NCBI RefSeq assembly: GCF_963921235.1 | Contig: NC_086107.1 | Location: 97,280,001-97,344,000 of the forward strand | Source: Mobula hypostoma | Taxonomy: Eukaryota | DNA: 64,000 nucleotides | Direction: 5' to 3' | Position numbers and translations under genes: made by a program | Notes under the pieces: model-generated | Told to the model about the DNA's origin: nothing | The model's database searches: none | Seen by the model: only the letters and a program-made list of their open reading frames with translations | Shown here: piece after piece, positions 36,425 through 49,895 of the stretch | Position numbering within the stretch: position 1 is the stretch's first letter | Layout of the letters: the number at the start of each line of letters is the position of its first letter

Positions 36425-38200
36425 AGCCAGTTTGGACTGATATGCTAATTGGGTTTATTCTTGTTGGAAGTCCTAAGGTACAATGAAACACTTTGTTTTG
36501 CATACCATTCATGACAACCGCGCATTGAGGTGGTACGAGGGAAAACAGCAACAATGGAGGATCTAGAGTTGGAGTTACAGAGAAAGTGCAGCGTAGGCAG
36601 GTGGACAGTAAGGTACAAGAGCTGTGATGAGATGGATTGTGAGGCCAAGAGTTCATGTATTCATACTAGGGGACTGTTCAACACTCTTCTAACAGCGGGA
36701 TACAAGGTGCCCTTGAACTTGGCGGTAAGTACTTTCAAGTTCAAGGTCAGTTTACGGTCATGTATACCGGCAAATGAAACAATGTTCCTCTGGACTAAGG
36801 TGCACATCTCAGCACATCTAACTCACCCACATAACACATGAAGTAATATTACCACAAATAAACTAACGAATAATCAGATACATATACGATATAAGTTATA
36901 AAGTGAACAGTATAACGCTACTGGCGCTTCCTACGTGATGAGACCTGGGTGGTGGCAGGGAGTTCCGCAGTCTTACAGCCTGGGGGAAGAAGCAGTTTCC
37001 CATCCTAGCATTCTTGCCCTAATGCTACGGTACTCCTGTCTGATGGTGGGAGATAAAAGAGATGCGAGAAATCAAAGACCATTGACAACGCTAAGAGCCC
37101 TGTGTACAACAGCGCTCCTGATAAATATCTCTAATGGCTGGAAGAGAGACCCCAAGGATCCTCTCAGCAGCCCTCCCAAGCCTTTGTAGGGACTTGCGGT
37201 CAGCTGCCTTGTAATTCCCATACCAGATGGTGATGCATCTGGTCAGGACACTCTCGATGGTGCTCCAGTAAAACTTGGTTAAAATCAGGGGAGGGAGAGC
37301 CTCACGCACCTCAATCTTCTCAGAAAATGGAGTTGCTGCTGTACTTTCTTAACCAAAGTGGTGGTGTTGAGGGACCAGCTGAGGTCGACTGTCATGTTCA
37401 TTCCCAAAATCTTGGTGCTCCTAACTCTCTCCATAGAGGAGCTGTGTATGTGCAGTGAGGAGTGGAGAGCCTGCACCTTCCTAGAGTCCATAATCATTTG
37501 TTTGGTCTTGTCCAAGTTGAGACTCAACTACTCTACTCACACCATTCTACCAGCCTTTCAGACTTTTGTAGCTCTTACCTGATGGGAAGAGAAGAAGAGA
37601 GAATGCCTAGGCTGGGTGGGCTCTTTATTTACGCTGCCTGCTTTACTGCGGCAGTGAGAAGTGTAGACAGAGTCCCCGAAGGGGAGGCTAGATTCCATGA
37701 TGTGGTGAGCCGTGTCCACAAACCTCTGGAATTTCTTGTGGTCATAAGAAAAGAGGTTGCCATACCAAGCCGTGATGCATCCAGATAGGATGCCTTCTAT
37801 AACAATTGGTGAAGAACAATGGCAACATGTTGAACTTCAATAGCTTCCTGAGGAAGTAGAACTTCTGGTGCACCTTCTTGGTCATGACATCAATGTGGTT
37901 GGACCAGAACAGCTTATCGGTGATGTTCACTGTGAGGAACTCGAAGCTCTCAACCTTCTTAACCTTAGCACCCGTTGATGAAGACAGGAGTGGGTGCACC
38001 ACTCCCATTTCTGAAGTTAATGACCAGCTCTTTCATTGGCTATTATTGATGGAAAGGATGTTGTCATGACACCACGTCACTAGGTTCTCTTTCTCCTTCC
38101 TGCACTCTGACTCATCGTCGTTTGCGATACGGCTCACTCCAGTAGTATCCTCTGCAAACTTGTAGATGGAGTGACAGCAGAATCTGCCACACAGTCATGA
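36425..38200 (-). mobile_element. Nested Rex1/Babar-like LINE fragments (two subfamilies)
   Basis: Minus-strand peptides LNLDKTKQMIMD...LHFLRRLR, LTKFYWSTIESVLTRCITIWYGN, VESFEFL..ITDKLFWSNH, and KFAEDTT at about 38150. Confidence 0.8.
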
Positions 38201-38314
38201 GTGAACCGAGGGCAGTGGTGTAGAGTAGGGGGCTGATGATGCAACCAATGTTGAGAGGTGCTGCTGTCCATCCTTAATAATTGTGGTTGTTGACCAGCAA
38301 TTCAAGAAGTTGCA

Positions 38315-38812
38315 GAGGAAAGGATACTATAGAGAGAGTGCAAAGGAGATTTACAAGGATGTTGCCTGGACTGGGGAGCATGCCTTATGAGAATAGGTTG
38401 AGTGAACTTGGCCTTTTCTCCTTGGAGTGATGGAGGATGAGAGGTGACCTGATAGAGGTGTACAAGATGATGAGAGGCATTGATCGTGTGGATAGCCAGA
38501 GGCTTTTTCCCAGGGCTGAAATGGCTAACACAAGGGAGCATAGTTTTAAGGTGCTTGGATGTAGGTGCAAGGGGGATGTCAGGGGTAAGTTTTTTCACAC
38601 AGAGAGTGGTGGGTGTATGGAATGCACTGCCAGTGATGGTGGTAGAGGTGGATACAATAGGGTATATTAAGAGACTCTTAGGTACATGGAGCTTAGAAAA
38701 ATAGAAGGCTATGCAGTAGGGAAATTCTAGGCAGTTTGTAGAGTAGATTACATGGTCGGCACAAATTTGTGGGCCGAAGGGCCAGCAATGTGCTGTAGGT
38801 TTCTATGTTTCT
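38315..38812 (+). mobile_element. CR1 3' fragment
   Basis: RGDLIEVYKMMRGIDRVD; FFTQRVVGVWNALP; TTTCTATG tail. Confidence 0.88.
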
Positions 38813-39649
38813 GTGAAGGAATTGGGTCTCAGGTCAACAAGTTTTAGGACAAATTTTCTTGGGATAATAGCACTGAAGGTGGATCCATAGACAGTAAACA
38901 ATAGCCTGATTTAGGAGTTGATGCTATCCCGATACTCCAGAGATGAGCATGGGGCCAGGGAAGGGTGTCCATTGTTGACCTATTTCAGTAGTAGGTGGAT
39001 TGCAGTGGCACAAGGCTAGGAGGATGGTGCTCATGCATGCCTCTCAAAGCTCTTCGTGACATGGATGTCAGAGCCACCAGGCCTCCGTCCTTGGTGGGAG
39101 CGGTCATGGCTTTGGGTGGTGCTGTCGGTGCATTTTGTAGATGTCGTACGCTGTAGATGGAGGAATGTTCCAGTTGGTTGGTGGACTTCCAGTCAAGGGC
39201 AACACAAGCGATTCTGCAGATGCGGAAGATCTAGATCAACACACACAAAATGCTGGAGGAACTCAGCAGGTCAGGCAGTCTCTATGGAGGGAAATGAAGA
39301 ATCAACATTTCAGGCCCCAATGAAGGGTCTCGGCCCAAAATATTGACCATCCATTTCCCTCCACAGATGCTGCCTGACCTGCTGGGTTCCTCCAGCATCT
39401 TGTGTGTGTTGGTTCCAATCAACGGTACTTGAATGAGCTGCAAATGTTCTCGTCGATCTCAATTCTGCAACTAAATCTGTTCAAGGTTGAGACCGACGTG
39501 TTTGGGAAACTTAAGGAAATCCTAGGATACAGAGGCTGTGTGATGAGATGGACTTGGGCGTAGGTTGCTCCTGGACCTCGTGGAATGGTGTGGAAAGGCT
39601 TCAGTGACTGAGGCCTTCCTCCTGCTTCAGTTCTACGTTTCTGCTGAAG

Positions 39650-39915
39650 TAAATTTATTGATCGAGATACAGCGTGGAATAGGCCCTTCCAGTTCTTCGA
39701 GTCGCACCGCCTAGCAACCCCCGATTTAACCCTAGCCTAACTGCGGGGCAATTTACAATGACCAATTAACCTACCAACCGGTACGTCACCGGACTGTGGG
39801 AGGAAACCAGAGCACCCGGAGGAAACCCATGCGGTCACGGGGAGAATGTACAAAGTCCTTACAGACAGCAGTGAGAAGTGAACCCGGGTTGCTGGTACTC
39901 TAAAGCGTTGTGTTG
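39650..39915 (-). mobile_element. tRNA-derived SINE (abundant family)
   Basis: TGTGGGAGGAAACCAGAGCACCCGGAGGAAACCCA core. Confidence 0.8.
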
Positions 39916-41529
39916 CCATTAAATAATTTAATCATGCAGTAAAAGTAACTCAGATTAAAACCCCCACTCCCCTCCCTTTGAGGCAAATAATTTAACCTCG
40001 TTAAGTGGGTCTGTTCCCACCCCCAAGATAATTCATGTTTCGCTCCTGTGAAATCGCACAGATTGTGACTCATAGACAGATGGGACACCAGTGTATTAAA
40101 ATTGAAACCTATTTGCAGTTAATTATCACTTAAAAGTCACAGCCAAAGAGAAACATTTATTCATTAATGGAATGTGGAGATTCGAGTCGCAGATCTCTGC
40201 ACCACTGACAGTGGAGTTTCAGTCCAGTCCAATCTATTCTCTGCATCTTGTCATTGCTGGTGGGACAGCAGAGCAATGGTTCCCAGTCCATTGGCGCTTA
40301 ACAGTATGCAGGGTTAGCGCAACGCTGTACTTAAATCTTTTAGCCTGGGGAAAATACACACGCAGGACAACAAATACTTTTTTGGGCCATTAATTCCTTT
40401 ATCTGTTTTCGATGTTTTAATGCAGGAAGAGGGTTTAAAAATAAAAACAACAAAATGAATATTGAAAAAAAACAGCTCCAGCTGTTACAATTTCAGTTTA
40501 ATTTCAGACCACACCTTTGCAATGTACGCACTATGAAAATAAATAAAATATACAAAGCCAATACAATAGTGGCAATTCTTAACAAAAACAATACAAACAA
40601 CATTAGAATCCCACCAACCCTGTAGCTTATACACATCAAAAATATGAATAAATACATCTCACCTTAACTAAGAGGTATACTCACTTTGGCACAGATGTGT
40701 GTAACATCCAAATATATATCAGCTAGACCCTGAAACGCGTTCTCCCTGCTCACGCTACGTGAACAGAAATGAACACATTCACATTACTCTGTTACATTCA
40801 CATTTGGTCATGAAACAATAAAGTAAGACAAAGATAAACTTTTGCAAAACTTTTACAATATAGTGCCTTGTCTTTTAAATGACGAGAAAGTCTAATATAC
40901 TAGGCTGAAAAGGAACTTTGCACAATCATGCGTCCAGTGCTGATACCTTACTCGCGAAAATCATGTCAAATTACCAATATTCTAGATTTATGAACAAGTA
41001 TAAACAAATTTACATGAATATTATCAAATATTATTCACCTTTCCTCGCCATACGACTAGCATTTGACATTCTTTCTAGAACCTTGTCACTTGTCTTTCTA
41101 CTCCACACGTGCATAATGACGTCACTGTTTTCTCTTCAAGGCACAGGCAGCTGTTTTACCAGGGTGAATACATAAGTGCATGTTAACAATAAAAAACTCA
41201 ACAGTCACCTGGTTACATAAGGTACATAGAACATTACAGTATAGTACAGGCCCTTCAGCCCACAATGTGGTGCTGACCTTTTAACCTACTGCAAGATCAA
41301 TCTAACCATCAATGGAGTTTATATGTTCTCCCCATGACCATGTGGGTTTCCTCTGGGTGCTCTGGTTTCCTCCCATGGTTAGGGTTAAGATTAGTGGGTT
41401 ATTGGCACGCTATGTTGGCATCAGAAGCATGGCAACACTTGGAGGTTGCCTCCAGCACAATCCCCACTCATTTGATTTGACACAAGTGACACTTTTCACT
41501 GCAGGGTAACAAATAAAGATAATCTATCT

Positions 41530-41875
41530 TTAATCTGATAGATGCAGGATAGAAGCTGTCCTTGAGCTTGGGGGTATGTGCGTTCGGGTTTCTGTATTTT
41601 CTGCCTGATGGGAGATGGGAGAATGTCTGGGGTGGGTGGGGTCTTTGATTGTGCTGGCTGCTTTACTGAGGCAGTGAGAAGTGTAGACCACGTACACAGA
41701 GGGGAGGCTGGTTTCCGAGATGCACTGAGCTGTGTGCACAACATCTTGTCGTCACACGCAGAGCCGTTGCCATACCAAACCGGGATGCATCCGGACAGAC
41801 TGCTTTCCATGCATTGATAACAATCGGTAAGGGTTAACAGTGATATTTAGAACGTCTTTGGCCTTCTGAGGAAGT
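41530..41875 (-). mobile_element. Rex1/Babar-like LINE fragment
   Basis: MESSLSGCIPVWYGN; KAASTIKDPTHPRH. Confidence 0.75.
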
Positions 41876-43106
41876 CCTGTGATATCAATGTAGATGGAAA
41901 TCCTTTTGGCCAGAGGTAGACCCCTCAGCCATGTTTCTGAAGTTGACTGGGCAGGGAGAGCCACCGCTTCACACCTCCGGCGAGCTGGGATCATCCTGAC
42001 TCCTGGTGTTGCGCCTTCTCTCTGTGGCCGTGTGGGCTTCTGCCGGCTGCCTCAGTTTTCTCCTACATCCCAAAGACGTGCAGGTCACTGTAAATTGGTC
42101 CTCATGTGTAGGCAAGAGATGGGTCTTTTCGGGAGGGGGGCAAGGTGTGCAGGGTTGATGGGAATGTGGAAAGAAGATGTTAAAGTGAGGAAATAGGACC
42201 GATGGGATTGCTCTAAGTCAGCGTTGACTCAGTGGGCTGAATGGCCTCCCATGTGGTAAGGAACTATAGAAATCTCACTCTTATTGAAGACCACACATCG
42301 GGCCTGTTCCTGGTAGATCTCTGTATTAGTAACTGCCCCAGGCATGCAGACATCTCCACCTGGGTGTGAGCTGGAGCCAGACTATACGCTGGTACTTAGC
42401 AGAGGTGATGGTGTCAAAGCAGAGATTTGTCTTCCTTTGACGTGACTGTGGAGCCTTCTGGTGTACCTGGTGTAAATCTGAAGCGGGCACCGCTAGGTGT
42501 TTAGTGGGAAAACTGTTTAGTGAAGAAGAAGGAGAAAAGGAGAGACTGGAGATAGAAGAGTCTGCCGACACCAGAATCCGGAGCAACAATCTATCCGCTG
42601 GATGAACTCGCTGGACCAAGCAGCGTCTGTGGGGAAGGCAACTACTGATGTTTCGGGTCAAAACCCCGTGACAGGACTGAGAGCCGGAGAGGGAAAATCG
42701 TTGGTGTAACGAGGAGAGCAGAGGAGCTGTGGCAGGCGTTGGTAGGTGATGGGTGGATCGAGGAGGGGTAACGGATAACAGGCAGATGGAGCCGGGTAGG
42801 GAGAGGGGTCGAGGTGGGTGGGTAATCAGTAGAGGTAGGTAGATGGAGTCAGTGGGGTGTGGGGAGGATGAAGGCAGAGACAGAGGCTGGCAGGCGATAA
42901 GTGGGGACACAAAGGCTCCCTGTGCTGGAATTAAGATGGATGTGTGAGTAGTGAATTGGATGGAACCGAGAGGGAAAGGAAGAGATAAAAAGCTGATGGG
43001 GAAGGCTGGAGGAGGTGTATGGAAATAGGAATAAAATTGGGAGGACCGGAGGTGGAAGAGAAGGAGAGAGACTGAAAAGTGTGGGGAGAACAGACAAGGT
43101 ATGGTT

Positions 43107-44065
43107 TACCTACTTACTGCCCCTTACGCCGCTGGCGTTTAGGACAGCAATGAAGGTCCTACATCTCTGGCGGTGACTTCCTTCATCATGTCAGAAATAT
43201 CCTCTTGGTTTTCACTACTGTCAGTCACACAGGTCCCAGGTGGAGACTCAGGAATAATGTCACACTCAGACGTAGAAGGATTCTTCATTGCTGTTTCTGT
43301 AATGATCTTGTTTGGTCAGTCGGACCCCACTTGGAGTACCGTGCTCAGTTCTGGTCACCTGACTACAGGAAGGATGTGGATTCTCTAGAGAGAGTGCAGA
43401 GTAGATTTACAAGGATGTTGCCTGGATTGGGGAGCATGCCTTACGAGAGTAGGTGGGGTGAACTTGGCCGTTTCTCCTTGGAGCGACGGTGGATGAGAGG
43501 TGACCTGACAGAGGTGTATAAGATGATGAGAGGCATCGATCATGTGGATAGTAAGAGGCTTTTCCCCAGGGCTGAAATGGCTAACATGGGGGGGCATAGT
43601 TTTAAGGTGCTTGGAAGTAGGTGCAGAGGGGATGGCAGGGGTAAGTTTTTTCACACAGAGAGTGGTGGGTGCGTGGAATGCACTGCCGGCGACGGTGGTA
43701 AAGGCGGATACAATAGGGTCTTTTAAGAGACTCTTAGATAGGTACATGAAGCTTAGAAAAGTAGAGGGCTATGCAGTAGGGTAATTCTAGGTAGTTTCTA
43801 GAGTAGGTTACATGGCTGGCACAACGTTATGGGCCAAAGGGCCAGTAATGAGCTGTAGATTTCCATGTCAGGGTTACAAGTCCTGGGTTGAACCCCTGAA
43901 CCTGGAGGACTGGTGGACCACTCTTACACTGTCCTCTATCCTTTGACTGTTTGACATGGGTGACCCGACCAAGAGCCAAAGCAACAAGTCCTGACTTCAG
44001 CCAGAATAGCTCTCAGGGTCATTGAAGCACACAAGCCTCCAAACCACGGCGAGGTTGTGGCCCTC
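43107..44065 (-). mobile_element. Non-autonomous RTE (BovB/Expander-like ends) interrupted by a CR1
   Basis: Minus-strand start CACAACCTCGCCGTGGTTTGGAGGCTTGTGTGCTTCAATGACCCTGAGAGCTAT resembles RTE 5' ends; (GTAA/GTAG) tail at 43107. Confidence 0.55.
43315..43868 (+). mobile_element. CR1 3' fragment (same subfamily as 38315)
   Basis: PHLEYRAQFWSPDYRKD...FFTQRVVGAWNALP. Confidence 0.88.
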
Positions 44066-44603
44066 CTAGAACTGGAAAATTCAATAGCCAATCATTATGG
44101 TTGTAGACCACCCAGGTGGAATATGAGATGCTGTTCTTCTATTGAATTTCTGTGATATCTTTGTCAATTGCAGGACAACAGCAGTGCAGTGACATTGGGA
44201 GTGTTACAGCTGCTCAGTGCAAGGCAGGATCCTTCCACATCACTCCAAGGAGGCTGGATTGATGGTCAGGCCCTAGTGGGCTTTCCCTGCTCCTCAAATG
44301 CTGACCTGATATCTCACACATTCACCCGAGAGGCAGAAAGGGCTTAGGTGAACGTCTCCTTTGAAAGACGATACCACTGACACTGCAACATTTCCTCAGG
44401 TCTGAAGTTGGAGCACAAATTCACAGTAACCTCACAGTATTTGAGTAGGTCTTGAATCCACAATGTCTGGTCCCGAGAGAAGCAGCTGAGGCAGAGATGG
44501 TGAGGAGAAGATCCCTCAAAATGCTTAATCAACAGTCCCTCAGTGACCTACTGCTGGCAATGGCTTTCTACTTCAGTTCCAACCCCAGCATCGGACATGT
44601 TCA

Positions 44604-46644
44604 TGTCACAATGGGGTGCTGGAAACAGACCCAAATGCAAGACACAGACACTGAAGTACAAGGAACAGGACTTGACTAGAGTAGGATGAGACAGGATTCA
44701 GGCAAGAAGCAGGGACAAGAATGCAGACTTGGGCTAGGGAAAGTGGGACCAGGACTAGGAACCATCGACTAGGAGACAAGGCTTGGACTCCGACCCTGAG
44801 ACCGGACAAGGACCCAGAACCTGGGTCTTGCCTCGGGCTCAGACCCCAGAACCAGGCAAGGACATGACATAGTTTGAGGCTGGGGTCTTGGGTCTAGAGG
44901 CTTGGCTGGAGGCTGGGGTCTTGGGTCTAGAGGCTTGGCTGGAGGCTGGGGTCTTGGGTCTAGAGGCTTGGCTGGAGGCTGGGGTCTTGGGTCTAGAGGC
45001 TTGGCTGGAGGCTGGGGTCTTGGGTCTAGAGGCTTGGCTGGAGGCTGGGGTCTTGGGTCTAGAGGCTTGGCTGGAGGCTGGGGTCTTGGGTCTAGAGGCT
45101 TGGCTGGAGGATGGGGTCTTGGGTCTAGAGGCTTGGCTGGAGGATGGGGTCTTGGGTCTAGAGGCTTGGCTGGAGGATGGGGTCTTGGGTCTAGAGGCTT
45201 GGCTGGAGGATGGGGTCTTGGGTCTAGAGGCTTGGCTGGAGGCTGGGGTCTTGGGTCTAGAGGCTTGGCTGGAGGCTGGGGTCTTGGGTCTAGAGGCTTG
45301 GCTGGAGGCTGGGGTCTTGGGTCTAGAGGCTTGGCTGGAGGCTGGGGTCTTGGGTCTAGAGGCTTGGCTGGAGGCTGGGGTCTTGGGTCTAGAGGCTTGG
45401 CTGGAGGCTGGGGTCTTGGGTCTAGAGGCTTGGCTGGAGGCTGGGGTCTTGGGTCTAGAGGCTTGGCTGGAGGCTGGGGTCTTGGGTCTAGAGGCTTGGC
45501 TGGAGGCTGGGGTCTTGGGTCTTGAGCTTGGCTTGGGATCCTCGAGGCTTGGGGTCTTGGGTCTTGAGGGCTTGGGATCCTCGAGGCTTGAGGTCTTGGG
45601 TCTTGAGCTTGGCTGCAGGCTGGGGTCTTGGGTCTTGAGCTTGGCTAGGGATCCTCAAAGCTTGGGTTCCTGGAGCTTGGCTTGGGATCCTCGAGGCTTG
45701 GGTTCTTGGCTTGGCTTGGGATCCTCGAGGCTTGGGTTCTTGGCTTGGCTTGGGATCCTCGAGGCTTGGGTTCTTGGAGCTTGGCTTGGCTTGGGATCCT
45801 TGAGGCTTGGGGTCTTTGCCTTGAAATGTGGAGGCTGATAACTCAGAGACTGGAGCTGAGAGACAGACTGGGAACTGAACATCAACATAGAGCTGGGACT
45901 TATCCTTCGACAAGCCAGGACTCATCTTTAACACAACACAAACATGAGACAGGACAGAACATTGACATAGAGCTTGGACTTATCTTACGACAAGCCAGGA
46001 CTCAACTTCATCTCCTCACCAAGGTGGGACAGGTCTCTCCATCAGGTAACGGCAGAATGGCCTGGCTTACCCCACAGAGGCGAGGACTAGACAAGGCAGA
46101 TCCCCCTGCAGGGCAACAGCAAAACAGCCTGGCTTACCCCACAGAGGCGAGGACTAGACAAGGCAGATCCCCCTGCAGGGCAACAGCAAAACAGCCTGGC
46201 CTACCCCACAGAGGCAAGGACAAGAAGAGACAAACACCAAAGAACGACAGACAGTTCCACCTCTGCTCCAGGGAAGCTCCGAGTCTCAGTTCGGCCAGCA
46301 ACCTCCGCTGGCTATGGAAACAGCCAGATCCCTACCTAGCTTGGAGTGGCTGGCAGCCACTCAGCTGGCCCAGGAAACAGCTGAATCCATACCGCAAAGA
46401 CCACTCCAATGAGTGGCAACAAGGCACCATGAAGCAGTGGTCCTCCAACCAGGCCTAGAGATCACAAATGGTTTCATCGGCAGGTTGCTCCAAGGGGGAC
46501 TGACAAGACAAACCAGCAGCCCACACTCACCCCAAGGCTACTTAAATTGCAAGCCCAAGGATGAAAATCAGGTGCCTATGATTAACTCAAACAAGGGTCA
46601 GCTGGAAGACCCGGAGTCCTGAATCCGCGGACCGGACCGTGACA
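44604..46644 (-). mobile_element. Solo LTR (2041 bp) inflated by internal tandem repeats
   Basis: Inverted termini TGTCAC...GTGACA; 5-bp TSD GTTCA (44599-44603, 46645-46649). Strand is inferred from resemblance to fish Gypsy-type LTR ends. Confidence 0.85.
44877..45522. repeat. 33-bp minisatellite, about 19-20 copies
   Basis: Unit GAGGCTGGGGTCTTGGGTCTAGAGGCTTGGCTG. Confidence 0.97.
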
Positions 46645-48023
46645 GTTCAAGGTTATTGCACAGGACCAGCCATTTTTAGGCCTCGGTCCAAACATGGACT
46701 GATGAGTTATATTCCAAAGAGAGAGGTGGGAGTGACTACTATTGACACTGAGGCAGCATTGTTCAGTTGTGGAAAATCAAAGCAAAAGTGCAGATGCTGA
46801 AAGTCTGAGGTAAAACCAAAAAACACTGGGAAGACCCATGTCAGGCTGCATCAGTGGAAGGAGACTTGACCAAGGTACTCAGGTACAGGACCCTTCACCA
46901 GAACTGAGAACTCTTCCTTTGGCATTTTTGGTTTGTAATTTAGTCACTGAAATCCTGTTTATGAGACTTGCCTTGTCTCCTTCAGTACAACAGTTTCTCA
47001 CTGAGAAGTGCTTTGGGAGTTCTAGGAATCCAAATCCTTTCTTGCGCGCTTTGGGGAAGGCTATGCAAATGCAGCTTGCTGTTGTCAACAGTTGTGTGAG
47101 TGACATTTCTGACAGTCAAGGTGGTCTGACTGGCAGATCTGCTGTCTCAGGAGATGGGCTTCCAGTAGTCTTCCCCCATCTAGGCTTTCCCCAGGAGCTC
47201 TGCTCTCCCCGTCACGTGTACTTCATTTGCTGTTAATGCTGGCTGCCGCTTGAGCAAAATGGGTGCAACATGACAGGCCGATAAATTATTGACAATCGCT
47301 GTAAATTGAAGATGGTACTTCAATTACAGAAATGTGAATTTTTATTCGGTTCCCTTCCCTGCAAAACAGAAATACTGTGACAGAACTAATCAGTATCTTT
47401 GTGAGTGAGTCACTTTCAGATGGTCTGTCAAGGGGACCTGACTAATTTATCAAACAGTTCACTGACTCTAATGCATGTATGTAACTCACCGCACGGATAG
47501 ACAGTTGCATCCCACTCCATCTGAAAACTCATTCAATATAAAAGCAGAAAACACTGGAAGCACTTAGAAGGTCAGGTGGCAACAGTGGAGAGAGAGAGAG
47601 AGAGAGAATGTTTCAAATTAAAAAATCTTCGTGTTAAGGTCTTGATGCAAAATGTCACCTCCATAGATGCTGCCTGACCTGCTGACTTCCTCCAGCATTT
47701 TGTGTGTTTTACTCACCTGCAGAATCCCTTATGTTTACCCTTCACCATCTGTGTCTTTCTCTCTACAGATGCTGCCCGACCTGAAGTGTTTCCAGTTTCT
47801 GAATTTTTTATTTCAGGACCTCCAGCGCCTGCAGCTCCAGGTCACTCATTGAGGGGAGATTGAGTCGCCTGGGACTGTACTCGCTGGAATTCAGAAGAGT
47901 GAGAGGAGATCATCTAGAGACATATAAAATTATGAAAGGGGTCGATAAGATAGAGGCAGGAAAGTTGTTTCCACTGGTAGGTGAGACTAGAACTAGGGGA
48001 CGTAGCCTCAAGATTCGGGGGGA

Positions 48024-48198
48024 GTACCTGATAAAGTGGCCACTGAGTGAATGTTCGTGATCTTCTGTTGCTGTAGCCCGTCCACTTCAACAGTTGACAT
48101 GTTGTGCATTCACTGATGGTCTTCTGCACATCACTGTTGTAATGTGTGGTTGTTTGAGTTACTGTCGCTTTCATATCAGCTTGAACCAGTCTGGCCAT
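48024..48198 (-). mobile_element. Tc1-like transposon relic
   Basis: Minus-strand peptide RLVQADMKATVTQ...QKTISECTT..LL.WTGY.NRR (Tc1 HTH region) next to the TIR-like CACTCAGTGGCCACTTTAT. Confidence 0.7.
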
Positions 48199-48203
48199 TG
48201 GCA

Positions 48204-48512
48204 CTGTGCTGTAGAGCTGTACACAGGGACTGTACTGTGGGACTGTACTGTAGAGCTGTACACAGGGACTGTACTGTGGGACTGTACTGTAGAGCTGTAC
48301 ACAGGGACTGTACTGTGGGACTGTACTGTAGAGCTGTACACAGGGACTGTACTGTGGGACTGTACTGTAGAGCTGTACACAGGGACTGTACTGTGGGACT
48401 GTACTGTAGAGCTGTACACAGGGACTGTACTGTGGGACTGTACTGTAGAGCTGTACACAGGGACTGTACTGTGGGACTGTGCTGTAGAGCTGTACACAGA
48501 GACTGTACTGTG
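48204..48512. repeat. 39-bp minisatellite (3 x 13-bp subunits), about 8 copies
   Basis: Unit CTGTACTGTAGAG-CTGTACACAGGGA-CTGTACTGTGGGA. Confidence 0.95.
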
Positions 48513-49570
48513 GAGGAAAGCACTGAATGCAGATATGATGTATTTCTCAGCCCAGCAGATTCTCCACTAATGCTTACAGCCTGCAACTGCTTGTGATTTT
48601 CTGTTTGTTCGCTTGTGGTACTTCTTCCAGCTGTGTGAGCTTCCAAACACATCACTCAGCATAGTCCCAGCACAATTCCTTTTAGCCCAGGGAATCTCCA
48701 CACAAGACCCATTTGCAGCCCTGCAGACGCAGCACTGCTTTGGTCACCATTTGACATTATGGTCTGGCTCCATACTTCTCACCCACAGCATGGCCCCGTG
48801 GTGTGGCTCCATAATGGAGCTCCATGGTGCGGCTTCATGTCACAGCTCACAGTGCCATTGCATGGTACAACTCCGTAACCCATCCCCATGGTGTGGCACC
48901 ATGATGGAGCTCCGTGGTACAGCCTCTTGTTATAGCTCCAGAGTTATGGTCCTGTGATGCAGCTCCATGTTCTGGCTCCTTGGGCCATCTCCACAGTCAG
49001 GCTACATGCCACAACTCCATAATATGGCTGGTTATACACCACTGACTTGGCATCTCTACCAAAGTGGTTATAGCTAAGGCTTCATGAAGGGCTTCTCCTC
49101 CACAGAGGTAACACAGAACTGTTGGATGAGGCTCCATTACCTGCCCAGGGAAGGAGTGAAACCTGTGGACAAGATGGCCTCAGTTCGATCTGGTCAATTT
49201 GGATTGGAGAAGCCTGAGGAGAAGGGGCCTAAAAGCGGACAAGCCACCAGAACCTGATGGACTGCATGCCAGGCTTTTTAAAGGAAGTGGCCTATGCCTG
49301 ACAATCTTCATAACCACCCACACCATGTCTTCTTCTCACTACTACTATTGGGCATGAGGTATAGAAACCCTAGATCCCACACCCCCAGGTTCAGGAACAG
49401 TTATTACCATCAGGCTCCTGAACCAGCATGGATAACTTCAATCAATATTACTATGAACTGATTCTACTGACTCACTTTCAAGGACTCTTTACAACACATG
49501 TTCTCAGTATTATTTTTCATTTGCACAGTGTGCCTTCTCTTTTACATTGGTTGCTTCTCTGTCTTGGCAT

Positions 49571-49895
49571 CGATACGTCTCTACCAAACGAGGTGCAAGG
49601 GACACCTTCCCTCTGCTAGCCTGCAGGTCACCCTGGGCAAAGTATAGCACCCGCTTAACACCCCCCCCCCACCTGATCAGGCTCACATGAAGCCATGGCA
49701 GGAGGTGGTGGATGGCCGTATGAGCAGCCGGTGCACATCACAAGTCCTGGTTATGCGATCACTGACATCAGGCAGACAATCTCTGAGGAGTACTGATAAT
49801 GACTGGGGTCACCCATCTTGTAAAGACACTGCCCAGAAGAAGGCGATGGCAAACCACTTCCGTAGAAAAATTATCAAAAACGATCATGGTCATGG
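49571..49895 (+). mobile_element. RTE-related SINE/non-autonomous element (copy 1)
   Basis: Co-linear with 55268-55693; contains GAAGAAGGCGATGGCAAACCAC, a BovB/RTE-type motif. Confidence 0.7.

Noticed and set aside
40380..41217. A-rich block ending GGTTACA, possibly an LTR or transposon relic
   Set aside because: Could not define a second terminus, TSD or coding relic; left unclassified.
44888..45838. 316-aa GLEAWLEAGVL-repeat ORF
   Set aside because: Artefact of a 33-bp minisatellite inside a solo LTR.
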